From positions 23,962 to 87,961 of the forward strand of contig CALKLQ010000041.1 of the NCBI GenBank assembly GCA_937992055.1: a stretch of 64,000 nt of DNA. The letters are read 5' to 3'. Source of the DNA: an uncultured Clostridia bacterium (GTDB lineage Bacteria > Bacillota > Clostridia > Christensenellales > UBA1242). Positions within the stretch are counted from its first letter, which is position 1. Every line of letters begins with the position of its first letter. Positions 11,325 through 19,617 of the stretch are shown here, in pieces. A program made the position numbers and the translations under genes. A model generated the notes under the pieces. That model had not been told where the DNA came from and made no database searches. It saw only the letters and a list, made by a program, of their open reading frames with translations.

Positions 11325-12332
11325 ATTTTGCAACTCTATATAATAATCATTATATAGCTTTTTAATTTTTTCTAAAATTTTTGTTTTATCTTCGTAAACA
11401 ACGATATTTGTATATATATCCATAGTGATTCCAATTTCAGAATGTCCCATGTTCATTTGAACTTGTTTTGCCGGAGTTCCTAAATAATATTGATTAGTAG
11501 CATAACTATGTCTAAGACAATGTAACGTTCCTGTAATATTCAACTCCGCAAGATAATCTTTGAACATGTGAGTAACGTAGCTTCCGTTATAGTTAAAAAT
11601 CTTTCCTTCTTTATAAATTAAATTTTTTAAATTTTCTGTTATTCTTATAAATCTATCGGCATTATCTGTTTTGGTTCCCTTTATATGGATAACATTATTG
11701 TTTTTAAAATCTTTGGAAGTCAATGTCAAAGCCTCACTCCTTCTCACTCCTGTTGCTAAATAGAAAAGTATTAGTTTGTAATGTTCATAGTTTGTTTGCT
11801 TTATTTTTGATAATAATTTTTCTTGCTCTTCTATTGTAAAAGCTTTTCTGACATTTTTGATTTTTTTATCTTTAACAACAAGCTTGAACGGGTTCTTTTT
11901 AATAAATTCCAAATCTTCAGCTTTTTGCAAACAGGCATTGAAATATGTAATAATAAGTTCCTTTGTTCTTGTTTTTGGAAGTTTATTTAAATATGGTTGT
12001 AAATTATTTATGGTTATCTCATCAAGATTGTAATTTCCAAAATTTTTAACTATGTAATTTTTTAATAAGCTTTGAATCTCTCTCCCCGTTTGTTCTGCGA
12101 CAAAAGGTTTTTTGTAATTGTCAAACCAAAAGTCCGCCCACGTTTTTAATTTATATATGCAATTCGTTGTTTTGTTCTTTTTTTCCTTCTGCTCTTTTTT
12201 TAGAGCTTTTATTTTTTCATCTCTTTTTTTAACCAGCTTTGACCTATCTTTTGAGTAAACTGAGTATTGTTTAGAATCAAAATAAAATCTAAGTTCAAAT
12301 CTGTTATCTTTTCTATATCTTATTGTAGACAT
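11322..12332 (-). CDS. int: tyrosine recombinase / phage integrase
   Basis: 336 aa. Catalytic blocks ATGVRRSEALTL (Arg), HCLRHSYATNQY (H-x-x-R) and GHSEIGITMDIYTNI (His...Tyr). AGGAGGAGG RBS. Sits beside the split tRNA. Confidence 0.92.
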   Translation of the reverse strand: MSTIRYRKDNRFELRFYFDSKQYSVYSKDRSKLVKKRDEKIKALKKEQKEKKNKTTNCIYKLKTWADFWFDNYKKPFVAEQTGREIQSLLKNYIVKNFGNYNLDEITINNLQPYLNKLPKTRTKELIITYFNACLQKAEDLEFIKKNPFKLVVKDKKIKNVRKAFTIEEQEKLLSKIKQTNYEHYKLILFYLATGVRRSEALTLTSKDFKNNNVIHIKGTKTDNADRFIRITENLKNLIYKEGKIFNYNGSYVTHMFKDYLAELNITGTLHCLRHSYATNQYYLGTPAKQVQMNMGHSEIGITMDIYTNIVVYEDKTKILEKIKKLYNDYYIELQN

Positions 12333-12540
12333 TTCCTCCTCCTTTATTATTTCAGAGTCGGAATTTCCTTTTATAAATGGGTTAGCCTCCCTAATTAACC
12401 TTGTAATTTGTGACCTTTTTCTTTCTTTTACTCCTTGTTTAAAGGCTAAAAATTCATTGCCACTTTTTAAAATATAATTATGAATGTTATTTGCTAATTG
12501 TTGAAAAATTTTTTAATTCTTCCATTATCTCTCTCATTTC

Positions 12541-12885
12541 TTAAATTTTCTTTAGTTTAAATGATTCACTTCTACCGCTTAAGCCTGACAAATAAATTTC
12601 GGCAGTATTTAATAAGTCTTCGTCTAATTGCAATATCATGTCGATACAATTTTTCTGTTGTTCAGTGTACTGCGTTTTAAAAGCTATTTCTTGTTTGACT
12701 TCATTGCCTATTAAATAATCAACAGACACATTAAAATAATTCGCAAGTTTTATAAGAGTTCTTATATCAGGTTCTCTTATGTTATTTTCCCATTTTGATA
12801 TAAGCGTTTGTTTGTATCCAGTAATTTTTGCAATATCTTTTTGTGTTTTTTTATTAATCTTTCGCAATTCTTTAATTTTTAACAT
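12541..12885 (-). CDS. XRE-family HTH regulator (cI-like repressor candidate)
   Basis: 114 aa. N-terminal HTH TQKDIAKITGYKQTLISKWENNIREPDIRTLIKLANYFNVSVDYLIG. Divergent from the + strand early genes. Confidence 0.8.
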   Translation of the reverse strand: MLKIKELRKINKKTQKDIAKITGYKQTLISKWENNIREPDIRTLIKLANYFNVSVDYLIGNEVKQEIAFKTQYTEQQKNCIDMILQLDEDLLNTAEIYLSGLSGRSESFKLKKI

Positions 12886-12951
12886 TTTTTCCTCCTTAAA
12901 ATTAACTTAACACTATTAGTAATAATTTTTTAATATTTTTAATAAAAATAG

Positions 12952-12996
12952 TTGACAAAACGGAATATTTTTCATATATTAATAATAAATATTCCT
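12952..12996 (+). promoter_or_regulatory. sigma-A-type promoter with candidate operator
   Basis: TTGACA (12952-12957), 17-nt spacer, TATATT (12975-12980). The perfect 9-bp inverted repeat GGAATATTT (12962-12970) / AAATATTCC (12988-12996) brackets the -10 box. Confidence 0.5.
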
Positions 12997-13044
12997 ATTA
13001 GGATTATCCTTAAGGTAATCATTAGGAATTTCAAGGAGGTAAAA

Positions 13045-13284
13045 ATGAAAACAACGATAAATAAAGATCAAGTTATTGAAGAGCTAAGAAAAGAAAATCA
13101 AACATTAAAAAATCGACTTGCTTTGATTGAAATAAAAAATGAACTTTCTATCGAAGACAAAATGCAAGCTATTAAGCAATATTTTGAATTTTGTTGTATC
13201 GATTCTACTACTAGCTTAAGAGCAGACGATTATACAAATATCATAACTTTTGAGAAATATTTAAAGGGAGAATTTGAAAAATGA
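13045..13284 (+). CDS. hypothetical protein (79 aa)
   Basis: ATG at 13045 follows AAGGAGG. The track ORF from 12952 begins upstream inside the promoter. Coiled-coil-like N-terminus. Confidence 0.5.
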   Translation: MKTTINKDQVIEELRKENQTLKNRLALIEIKNELSIEDKMQAIKQYFEFCCIDSTTSLRADDYTNIITFEKYLKGEFEK

Positions 13285-13454
13285 AAACAATGTACATTTT
13301 AAAAACAAGCACTTCAAAATTCGTATTTACAGATTTAGAAATGGCTATGAAAAAATTCTATGACTACGAAACTTTGGGACTTCCTGCGAAGGTTATTAAA
13401 TCTGAAGTAGGCTTATTAAATGAAAAACAAACAGTTCTTCACTGTTCTGTATAA
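13281..13454 (+). CDS. hypothetical protein (57 aa)
   Basis: Below the track size cut-off. ATGA start/stop overlap with the previous gene. Reads MKTMYILKTSTSKFVFTDLEMAMKKFYDYETLGLPAKVIKSEVGLLNEKQTVLHCSV. Confidence 0.4.
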   Translation: MKTMYILKTSTSKFVFTDLEMAMKKFYDYETLGLPAKVIKSEVGLLNEKQTVLHCSV

Positions 13455-13463
13455 GAGTAAATG
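13423..13463 (+). repeat. ~41-bp direct repeat, copy A
   Basis: AAAAACAAACAGTTCTTCACTGTTCTGTATAAGAGTAAATG, near-identical to 13845-13886. Contains the hairpin AACAGT/ACTGTT. Confidence 0.8.
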
Positions 13464-13484
13464 AAATTTAAGTAAATCTATAGT

Positions 13485-13724
13485 TTAAATTTTTAAACTC
13501 TTTAAAAGTTCTTTTCTTTTCTCTTCTGTATCTATTTCTAATAGTTCATCGGCGGAAATATCAAAAATAACAGACATTTTTCTAAGATTATCAAAATCTG
13601 GTTTTAACCTTCCCTTTTCCCATAAAGAAACTGTGTCTTGTGAAACATTAAATAGCTTTCCAAATTGAGTTTGATTGAGTTTATTTAAATTTCTATATTC
13701 TTTTATTATTTGATAATATTTCAT
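13485..13724 (-). CDS. XRE-family HTH regulator (small, Cro/cI-type)
   Basis: 79 aa. NQTQFGKLFNVSQDTVSLWEKGRLKPDFDNLRKMSVIFDISADELL is a canonical XRE HTH. Confidence 0.8.
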   Translation of the reverse strand: MKYYQIIKEYRNLNKLNQTQFGKLFNVSQDTVSLWEKGRLKPDFDNLRKMSVIFDISADELLEIDTEEKRKELLKSLKI

Positions 13725-13785
13725 GAATTAATTATATACTAAAGTTTTTGGTATTTAAAAATAACGAAAAATAGTCGTAAAATAA

Positions 13786-13814
13786 TTGACTTACGAATAT
13801 AATTAGTATATAAT
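13786..13814 (+). promoter_or_regulatory. near-consensus sigma-A promoter of the long + strand operon
   Basis: TTGACT (13786-13791), exactly 17 nt, TATAAT (13809-13814). About 300 nt upstream of the first ORF. Confidence 0.65.
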
Positions 13815-13844
13815 ACGAAGAAAGTTAGTAAATAACCACAAATA

Positions 13845-13886
13845 AAAAACAAACAGTGTTGCACTGTTCTGTATAAAGAGCGAATG
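13845..13886 (+). repeat. ~41-bp direct repeat, copy B
   Basis: AAAAACAAACAGTGTTGCACTGTTCTGTATAAAGAGCGAATG. Hairpin AACAGTG/CACTGTT. Lies just downstream of the promoter. Confidence 0.8.
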
Positions 13887-13975
13887 CAATAGGCAAAGGT
13901 ACTTTTCCCTTTCGCTCGTTCCTCCAAAAAAATTAAAGGTGGTGATGCCAGGACAATAAACAACATCAAATTATC

Positions 13976-14042
13976 ACTTTTCGAAACTAGGCTTTGCCTA
14001 GTCAATAGGAATTGACCGCCCTATTCTGATGAGATAGGTCAA
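13976..14042 (+). ncRNA. hammerhead ribozyme, type II topology (candidate)
   Basis: C(11.1)-GAA-A[CTAGGC-TTT-GCCTAG]T-C(17) | [AATAGG-AATTGACCGC-CCTATT]-CTGATGA-G(10.1). All invariant core nucleotides are in the correct order. GUC cleavage triplet with the scissile bond at 14003/14004. Stems I and III are capped and stem II forms from the flanks. Loop I TTGACC is complementary to GGTCAA at 14037-14042. Confidence 0.75.
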
Positions 14043-14118
14043 GCGCGCTTTAAGTTAGCCCACTTTAAAAAGGCAAAAAAAAACAAAAATTAAAATAAAA
14101 AAAAGAAGGTAAAGAAGA

Positions 14119-14415
14119 ATGAATGAATTTATGAGTAAAGGTATAGTCATTGGAAAACAAGAAAGTTATGAGTACGAAGGAAAAACATATTACAAACTTC
14201 CATTATTATTAGGTGTTCCTGATTCGGACGGCCATTTTACTGATAAAGCTGTTGTAGGTTCTGCTAAAGGACAAACTCCAATTTTAAAAGATGAAGAAAT
14301 ATATTTTGGGGCACCAATAATGTGCACAGTGAATGTTAAAACTTTTGATGGCAAAACAACTTATGTTTGCTCTGACGTTCAAATTCTAGAAAAAAAAACA
14401 AAAGTAGAAAAATAG
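14119..14415 (+). CDS. hypothetical protein (98 aa); ssDNA-binding role is only a positional guess
   Basis: First gene of the operon, with an AGAAGG RBS. Small and beta-rich-looking, no TM segment. No motif recognised. Confidence 0.5.
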   Translation: MNEFMSKGIVIGKQESYEYEGKTYYKLPLLLGVPDSDGHFTDKAVVGSAKGQTPILKDEEIYFGAPIMCTVNVKTFDGKTTYVCSDVQILEKKTKVEK

Positions 14416-14462
14416 ATTTGTCAACAATAGACAATCTACCATTTTAAAAAAAAGGAGAAAAA

Positions 14463-14681
14463 ATGGCATATAAAAATTCTAATGGTGATGAACAGTTTAC
14501 ATTAAAAGAGAAAATTGATTATCACAATTCTTGTGCTAACACGGGAAAAACACCTAGCGGTGAAAAACTTTCTTTTAGTGAAAGATATAATCACATGCAA
14601 GCTTCTGCTAGATGTCGTCGCAAATTAGGTACATTTATGAAAACGGTTAATGTTGTAAATTCAACTAATAAGAAAAAATAA
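14463..14681 (+). CDS. hypothetical protein (72 aa)
   Basis: AAGGAG RBS. Basic C-terminus, no TM segment. Confidence 0.5.
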   Translation: MAYKNSNGDEQFTLKEKIDYHNSCANTGKTPSGEKLSFSERYNHMQASARCRRKLGTFMKTVNVVNSTNKKK

Positions 14682-14832
14682 GTTAAAAATAATTTAATAA
14701 GCTGTAAGCCCTAGCCTACTGACTAGGCACAAAAATTGTAGCTTAAGCAATTTTTAAATTTAATAATTAAAATCGAAACTTAAACTAGCTGTGTTGTACT
14801 CATGGCTAGTTTTGTTTCTTAAAAGGAGAAAA

Positions 14833-16932
14833 ATGAAAAAAGTTTTTAAAATTTTGTTATGGATATTATTAATAATTTTTATTCTTTTTTTAATTGCTGA
14901 TTTGCTTTTTGTTATTAAAGAAAAATTAAATTGGAATTTTAGTTTTGGTGAAAATAAAACTTATGAAAAAGAAAAACTCGAAAATGGTTTAACAACGCAA
15001 ATAAATGGTGATTTAACAAAAGAAGAAATTGAAAAGGAAAAAAATGATATTGAAGCACCTTTGCATGATGATATTTTTAAAGATTTTTTAATTTGTGAAA
15101 CTGGCGATTATGTAATAATTTATCGTAAAGTAGAAACAAATGGAAAAATTATTTTTCCAAACTTGTCATTTATTAAAACTGCTAATAATTTACAATTTGA
15201 CGGAACTTTAGGCTTGACTGCTGAAATTGGGACTAATTGGTGGACTGGCGCTCATGATTTCAATAATATAAGGTTTACTTATGATTACTCAGGAAATTTT
15301 AATTATGATAAAAAAATGAGTTGGAATACTGATTGGAAAAATATTTTTGTTTTAGGAATTAAAGGTTTTTTGACTGATATAGGTTCGCAAGACAACTTTG
15401 TTTCATTTCGTAATTTTACTGAAAAATTTTGTAATAACTTTTGGAATATGAATGTTTTTGCTAAAATCGCAATGAATAAACAAAGTGAATTAAATAAACT
15501 ACATGATGTTACAAAAAAATATATCTATCAAAATATTTTGCCTTATTTTCAAAATCTTAATGATAATATTGAGTTTATTATGCCTGATAAAAATTTATCA
15601 ACAGATGTGCGTTTAAGTCAAATAATGAGCTTAACGAATTCATATGCTACATATCTTTGGAAAACAGTTAAAACATCAAATAAGTCAGAAAGTTTTAAAA
15701 ATGTTAATATTTCAAGTTTTTTTGCAAAATTTATTTATGACGAAAATATTTATAAACAATATCCAATACCAGAAAACAAAAAATCTGAATATCCGAATCA
15801 AGAATATTACAAAGTTTATAATTGTCAAATTTTTGCTTCGTGTAGCTATAAATATTTTGATATAGATTTGCCGGGTGAGCCGGTTGTTGATGATGATTAT
15901 GTAGTGGTTTTGCCTCCAGAAGATAATAAAGAATATTGTAAAGTTACAATCAAATTAAAAAATTCTAACTCTTCTGATTTAACTAATTTTATAATTAGTG
16001 AACAACCTGTAAAAATTTCAATTGCTGGTAAAGACCTTGTTTTTGATAGCTTAGAAAAATTAAATTATGGTTGCACTATTGCTTTAGAACAATCTAAGAC
16101 TTATTCCTATTCAATTTTAAGTAATGGTTTGATTTTTGAAAGTTATTCTGGAAATTTTTATATTCAAAATGAAAATTCAACAATTGTAAATTTTAATTAT
16201 ACTTATCAATACGGTTATGCTCTTTGTAAAATTATGCTTCATCCTGTTGGTGAAATTGATTTATCTCAAGTTGATTTGATTAATAACCCTGTAATTATTA
16301 ATTTGAAAAGTAAGGTTAATAACTATAATTATACCTTAACATTTAATTCTTTGGATAAATTTAATAATGGAATTAGCCAATTAATTCATTTAGGTGAATA
16401 TACTTATACGATTTCAAGTCAAGTTTTAAGTTTCTCTCCAGGCAATGGGGATATTAATGTTACAACAGAAAATAGATATTTTAATTTTACTTATACTCAA
16501 ATTACCTCATTTAATTTTTCTTTTAATTGTACAATTGACCAATTTGAGAAGGTACCAGCAGAAACAGATCCAATAAAAGAACATGAGTCTGTGTATTTAA
16601 AGGTTTGTGGACTTGACTTAAATTCTCAGTCTTCGTTTTCATTTTTGGAAAATGTTTTTGGCGAAAGCCTTACAATTTCTTTAATAGTTTTTAAAAACAC
16701 AACTCAAATTGTTTCTTATGGAACTTTTCTATTAGGAACAAACTTAAATGGAAATTGTTTCCGGTCTCTACCAAGTGGCTTTAAAACTTTGGAAAACGGC
16801 GAAACATATACTATTCAATTTATTTTTAATTCTGAAGTAAACACTGGTGTAAGTTATTCAAGTCCTCCAATAGAGTTTACTTATGCAACTTATAAAATTT
16901 CAAGGTTTAATATAACCTTGCAAGAAATTTAA
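14833..16932 (+). CDS. large N-terminally membrane-anchored Asn-rich surface protein
   Basis: The ATG at 14833 follows AAAGGAG, whereas the track start at 14791 is upstream of that RBS. Signal-anchor KILLWILLIIFILFLIADLLFVI, then about 670 aa with no recognised family. Confidence 0.7.
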   Translation: MKKVFKILLWILLIIFILFLIADLLFVIKEKLNWNFSFGENKTYEKEKLENGLTTQINGDLTKEEIEKEKNDIEAPLHDDIFKDFLICETGDYVIIYRKVETNGKIIFPNLSFIKTANNLQFDGTLGLTAEIGTNWWTGAHDFNNIRFTYDYSGNFNYDKKMSWNTDWKNIFVLGIKGFLTDIGSQDNFVSFRNFTEKFCNNFWNMNVFAKIAMNKQSELNKLHDVTKKYIYQNILPYFQNLNDNIEFIMPDKNLSTDVRLSQIMSLTNSYATYLWKTVKTSNKSESFKNVNISSFFAKFIYDENIYKQYPIPENKKSEYPNQEYYKVYNCQIFASCSYKYFDIDLPGEPVVDDDYVVVLPPEDNKEYCKVTIKLKNSNSSDLTNFIISEQPVKISIAGKDLVFDSLEKLNYGCTIALEQSKTYSYSILSNGLIFESYSGNFYIQNENSTIVNFNYTYQYGYALCKIMLHPVGEIDLSQVDLINNPVIINLKSKVNNYNYTLTFNSLDKFNNGISQLIHLGEYTYTISSQVLSFSPGNGDINVTTENRYFNFTYTQITSFNFSFNCTIDQFEKVPAETDPIKEHESVYLKVCGLDLNSQSSFSFLENVFGESLTISLIVFKNTTQIVSYGTFLLGTNLNGNCFRSLPSGFKTLENGETYTIQFIFNSEVNTGVSYSSPPIEFTYATYKISRFNITLQEI

Positions 16933-16956
16933 AAAAAAATAAAAGGAGATAAAAAA

Positions 16957-17190
16957 ATGGATAAAACAAAAATTATATGGACTTCAATATTTGGAGTTGT
17001 TGGAGTAATAGTCGCAACAATATTAATGTGGCTTTGCTTGTATTTAATCGTTCCAAACATAAAGGACGGAACTGATAAACTCTTCAAATGGAATGATTAC
17101 GCTGTGGAGCAAGAGCAAGACGATATCACAGAAACAACTCAAAACTCCCCTAATACTGAAAATATTGAAGTTATAACACCCGCAAATTGA
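16957..17190 (+). CDS. small membrane protein (77 aa)
   Basis: AAGGAG RBS. One long hydrophobic segment IIWTSIFGVVGVIVATILMWLCLYLIV and an acidic C-terminal tail. Confidence 0.6.
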   Translation: MDKTKIIWTSIFGVVGVIVATILMWLCLYLIVPNIKDGTDKLFKWNDYAVEQEQDDITETTQNSPNTENIEVITPAN

Positions 17191-17198
17191 GGTGTTAT

Positions 17199-18770
17199 AT
17201 GAAAAGAAATATTATTTTAATTAGTTGCTCAATTTTAATATTGGCAACAATGGTTTATGGAATTTACATTAAAAATCAAGAAAAAATAAATACTGATTTA
17301 ACAATGCAAAACAACACTTTGATTTTGCAAATAGACTCGACTGTTGATAGATTAAATAAACTACAAGAAGACTATGACCTACTTAAGCAAACTCATGAGA
17401 GCACACTTGCTCAGTTAGATAAAGAACGTAGACAATTTGACTTTGACAGACAAAGATTTACTGAACAAGTGGAAAACTTGAGAGGTCAAGTTTTGGAATT
17501 ATCATTAAACAAAATAGAAAATGAAGAGAGAATAGCAGAACTAGAAGCTGAAATAGAAGACTTAAACCAACAAATAGCAAATTTAGATGCTCAAATTTTA
17601 GCTTTAGAAACTGAAAATGCCGGACTACTTTCAAGTGTTAATAATTATGAAACTCAGATTTCAAACTTGAATGGTCAAATTGACGATATGGTCGCAGAGT
17701 TCAATGCCAAAAATGAACTTTGGCAAAAACTAATTAATGGAACTATTACAGAAATTACCGCAGAAGACCTTGAAGGTGTGACTGAAATTAGACCATATGC
17801 TTTTTACGATTGTCAAACTCTTAGGTCTATAGAATTTTCTAATACAATTACAAAAATTGGTTCGAGTGCATTTTATCAATGTAGTCTTTTGTCTTCAATA
17901 GAAATTCCTGATAATGTAACAACTATTGGGGCTAATGCTTTTTTAAATTGTTTTAATCTTTCCTCAATTAAACTTTCTGATAATCTATCAAATATTCCTA
18001 ATAGTGCTTTCGCAGGTTGTAATAAACTTACTTCAATTGCAATTCCTGATAGTGTTTCAAGTATTAGTTATGAAGCTTTTCAATCTTGTTCGAAATTAAA
18101 CTCTGTTACTTTTGGTGATAATAGCGAACTTACTCAAATTGGTGCTTATGCTTTTCGTTCTTGCGGTAATTTAAATAATGTTATTCTTCCAGTTGCCCTG
18201 ACAAGTATAGGAAACGGTGCTTTTTCGAAATGTTCAAGCTTATCAACAATTAATATTCCAAATAGCGTAACAACTATTGACGCTAATGTTTTTTCTGAAT
18301 GTACCAGTTTGACGTCAATTAAACTTCCTAATAATATAACAAAAATTAGTAGTAATCTTTTTGGAAAGTGTAGTGGTTTGACTTCTATAGAAATTCCTAA
18401 TAATGTGACGATTATTGAAACTGATTCTTTTCAATATTGTACAAATTTATCATCAATAAATATTCCAAATACTGTTACATCTATTGGTCTTCGTGCATTT
18501 TATTATTGTTCTAGCCTTATTTCAATTGAAATTCCTGATAGTGTTGCAAGTATGGATGGACATATATTTTTTGGTTGTTCAAATGAGCTATCAATTATAA
18601 TGAAACGTTCGACTCCTCCTACATGTGCTAATGTTTTATATGGTTTCTATGGAAAAGTCTATGTTCCAGATTCGGCTTTAGAAAGTTATAAAACATCTCC
18701 TGGTTGGTCAGATAAAGCTTCAATAATTTATTCAGTCAGTGAATACGAGGCATTGCAAGAAGTAGCATGA
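17199..18770 (+). CDS. membrane-anchored coiled-coil + BspA-type leucine-rich-repeat protein
   Basis: ATG at 17199 follows GAGG. N-terminal anchor, then a ~150 aa heptad-rich segment (LELSLNKIENEERIAELEAEIEDLNQQIANLDAQILALETEN). About 12 repeats follow of I-x-I-P-x-x-V-T-x-I-G-x-x-A-F-x-x-C-x-x-L-x-S, the LRR_5/BspA type. Confidence 0.8.
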   Translation: MKRNIILISCSILILATMVYGIYIKNQEKINTDLTMQNNTLILQIDSTVDRLNKLQEDYDLLKQTHESTLAQLDKERRQFDFDRQRFTEQVENLRGQVLELSLNKIENEERIAELEAEIEDLNQQIANLDAQILALETENAGLLSSVNNYETQISNLNGQIDDMVAEFNAKNELWQKLINGTITEITAEDLEGVTEIRPYAFYDCQTLRSIEFSNTITKIGSSAFYQCSLLSSIEIPDNVTTIGANAFLNCFNLSSIKLSDNLSNIPNSAFAGCNKLTSIAIPDSVSSISYEAFQSCSKLNSVTFGDNSELTQIGAYAFRSCGNLNNVILPVALTSIGNGAFSKCSSLSTINIPNSVTTIDANVFSECTSLTSIKLPNNITKISSNLFGKCSGLTSIEIPNNVTIIETDSFQYCTNLSSINIPNTVTSIGLRAFYYCSSLISIEIPDSVASMDGHIFFGCSNELSIIMKRSTPPTCANVLYGFYGKVYVPDSALESYKTSPGWSDKASIIYSVSEYEALQEVA

Positions 18771-19612
18771 AAAACAAAGTAACAACTATTACATACTCAG
18801 ATTACGTTAAATATTTAACTGCCAAGCCATATGGAATAAATATTATATTTGGCCAAAAGGGCTCCGGTAAAACGGCATTAAACACTGTCTTTGGACTTTG
18901 GGAAATGGCAATGAGACAACGATACTTACAATGCTTATCTGAGATTGAGCTTTTAAAAGAGGAAAGGGTGCGTGAGTACTCTTCCCCTCCTCAAGCTCAC
19001 TGCGTTTTTACAAGTCCTAACTATTCCATAGTAGACAACTGGAAATTTGGAAGAGGCAAGAAAACATCATATTCATATAACCCCTATCATTTCAATATTC
19101 CAAACATGCGTATTGAGTATGATATTTATCCACCATATTCAACTTTCCATTGCATGGAAGCCCAAGCACCTTTAAATTCCAGGCAATCAAAGAACTTCCC
19201 TTCCGAAACCTCTAGAGCCTATGAAAATGAACGTCATCCAAACTATTTGATTTGGCTAGACTGCCAAAGGTTAGGCTTGGTCGATTTAAACGTTAGAGAA
19301 ATAACGGACTGGTTCATAACTCCAATTGCCCTGGAGCATAAATATAATTCTCTCAATGTAATGACTGGAACAATCTTTCATACCCTTTGCTTTGACAGCC
19401 TTTTAAAAGCAGAAAGATATGTTGAAACTGAGGATATTTTTCTAGGCAAACTTGTAGATTTCGTTTTCGAAGGCGGTTGCGTTTTTAATTGCTACTCCTC
19501 TTTTGGTAATAAAAAAATCTTTTTTGAAACTGATAAAGACTTTGAATACGTTAGCAGTCAAGACCCAAATTCTGCCTCGCTTTTAGCACCAAAAAATTAT
19601 TATAAAGGATAA
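18767..19612 (+). CDS. Zot/pI-like P-loop NTPase (candidate morphogenesis ATPase)
   Basis: 281 aa. Walker A GQKGSGKTA. FHCMEAQ and ERHPNYLIWLDCQ align by eye with the DEAQ and HRHxGxD-hhh-TQ blocks of the Zot family. ATGA overlap with the upstream gene. Confidence 0.6.
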   Translation: MKNKVTTITYSDYVKYLTAKPYGINIIFGQKGSGKTALNTVFGLWEMAMRQRYLQCLSEIELLKEERVREYSSPPQAHCVFTSPNYSIVDNWKFGRGKKTSYSYNPYHFNIPNMRIEYDIYPPYSTFHCMEAQAPLNSRQSKNFPSETSRAYENERHPNYLIWLDCQRLGLVDLNVREITDWFITPIALEHKYNSLNVMTGTIFHTLCFDSLLKAERYVETEDIFLGKLVDFVFEGGCVFNCYSSFGNKKIFFETDKDFEYVSSQDPNSASLLAPKNYYKG

Positions 19613-19617
19613 GAACT

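Noticed and set aside
13739-14005. 88-aa minus-strand ORF
   Set aside because: It covers the consensus promoter, the 41-bp repeat and the hammerhead core. It has no RBS, and the region is better explained as a structured leader.
17760-18600. Regular ~69-nt periodicity that could be mistaken for a repeat array or CRISPR
   Set aside because: The period corresponds to 23-aa BspA-type LRR units in one continuous ORF. The repeats are degenerate at DNA level and have no unique spacers.
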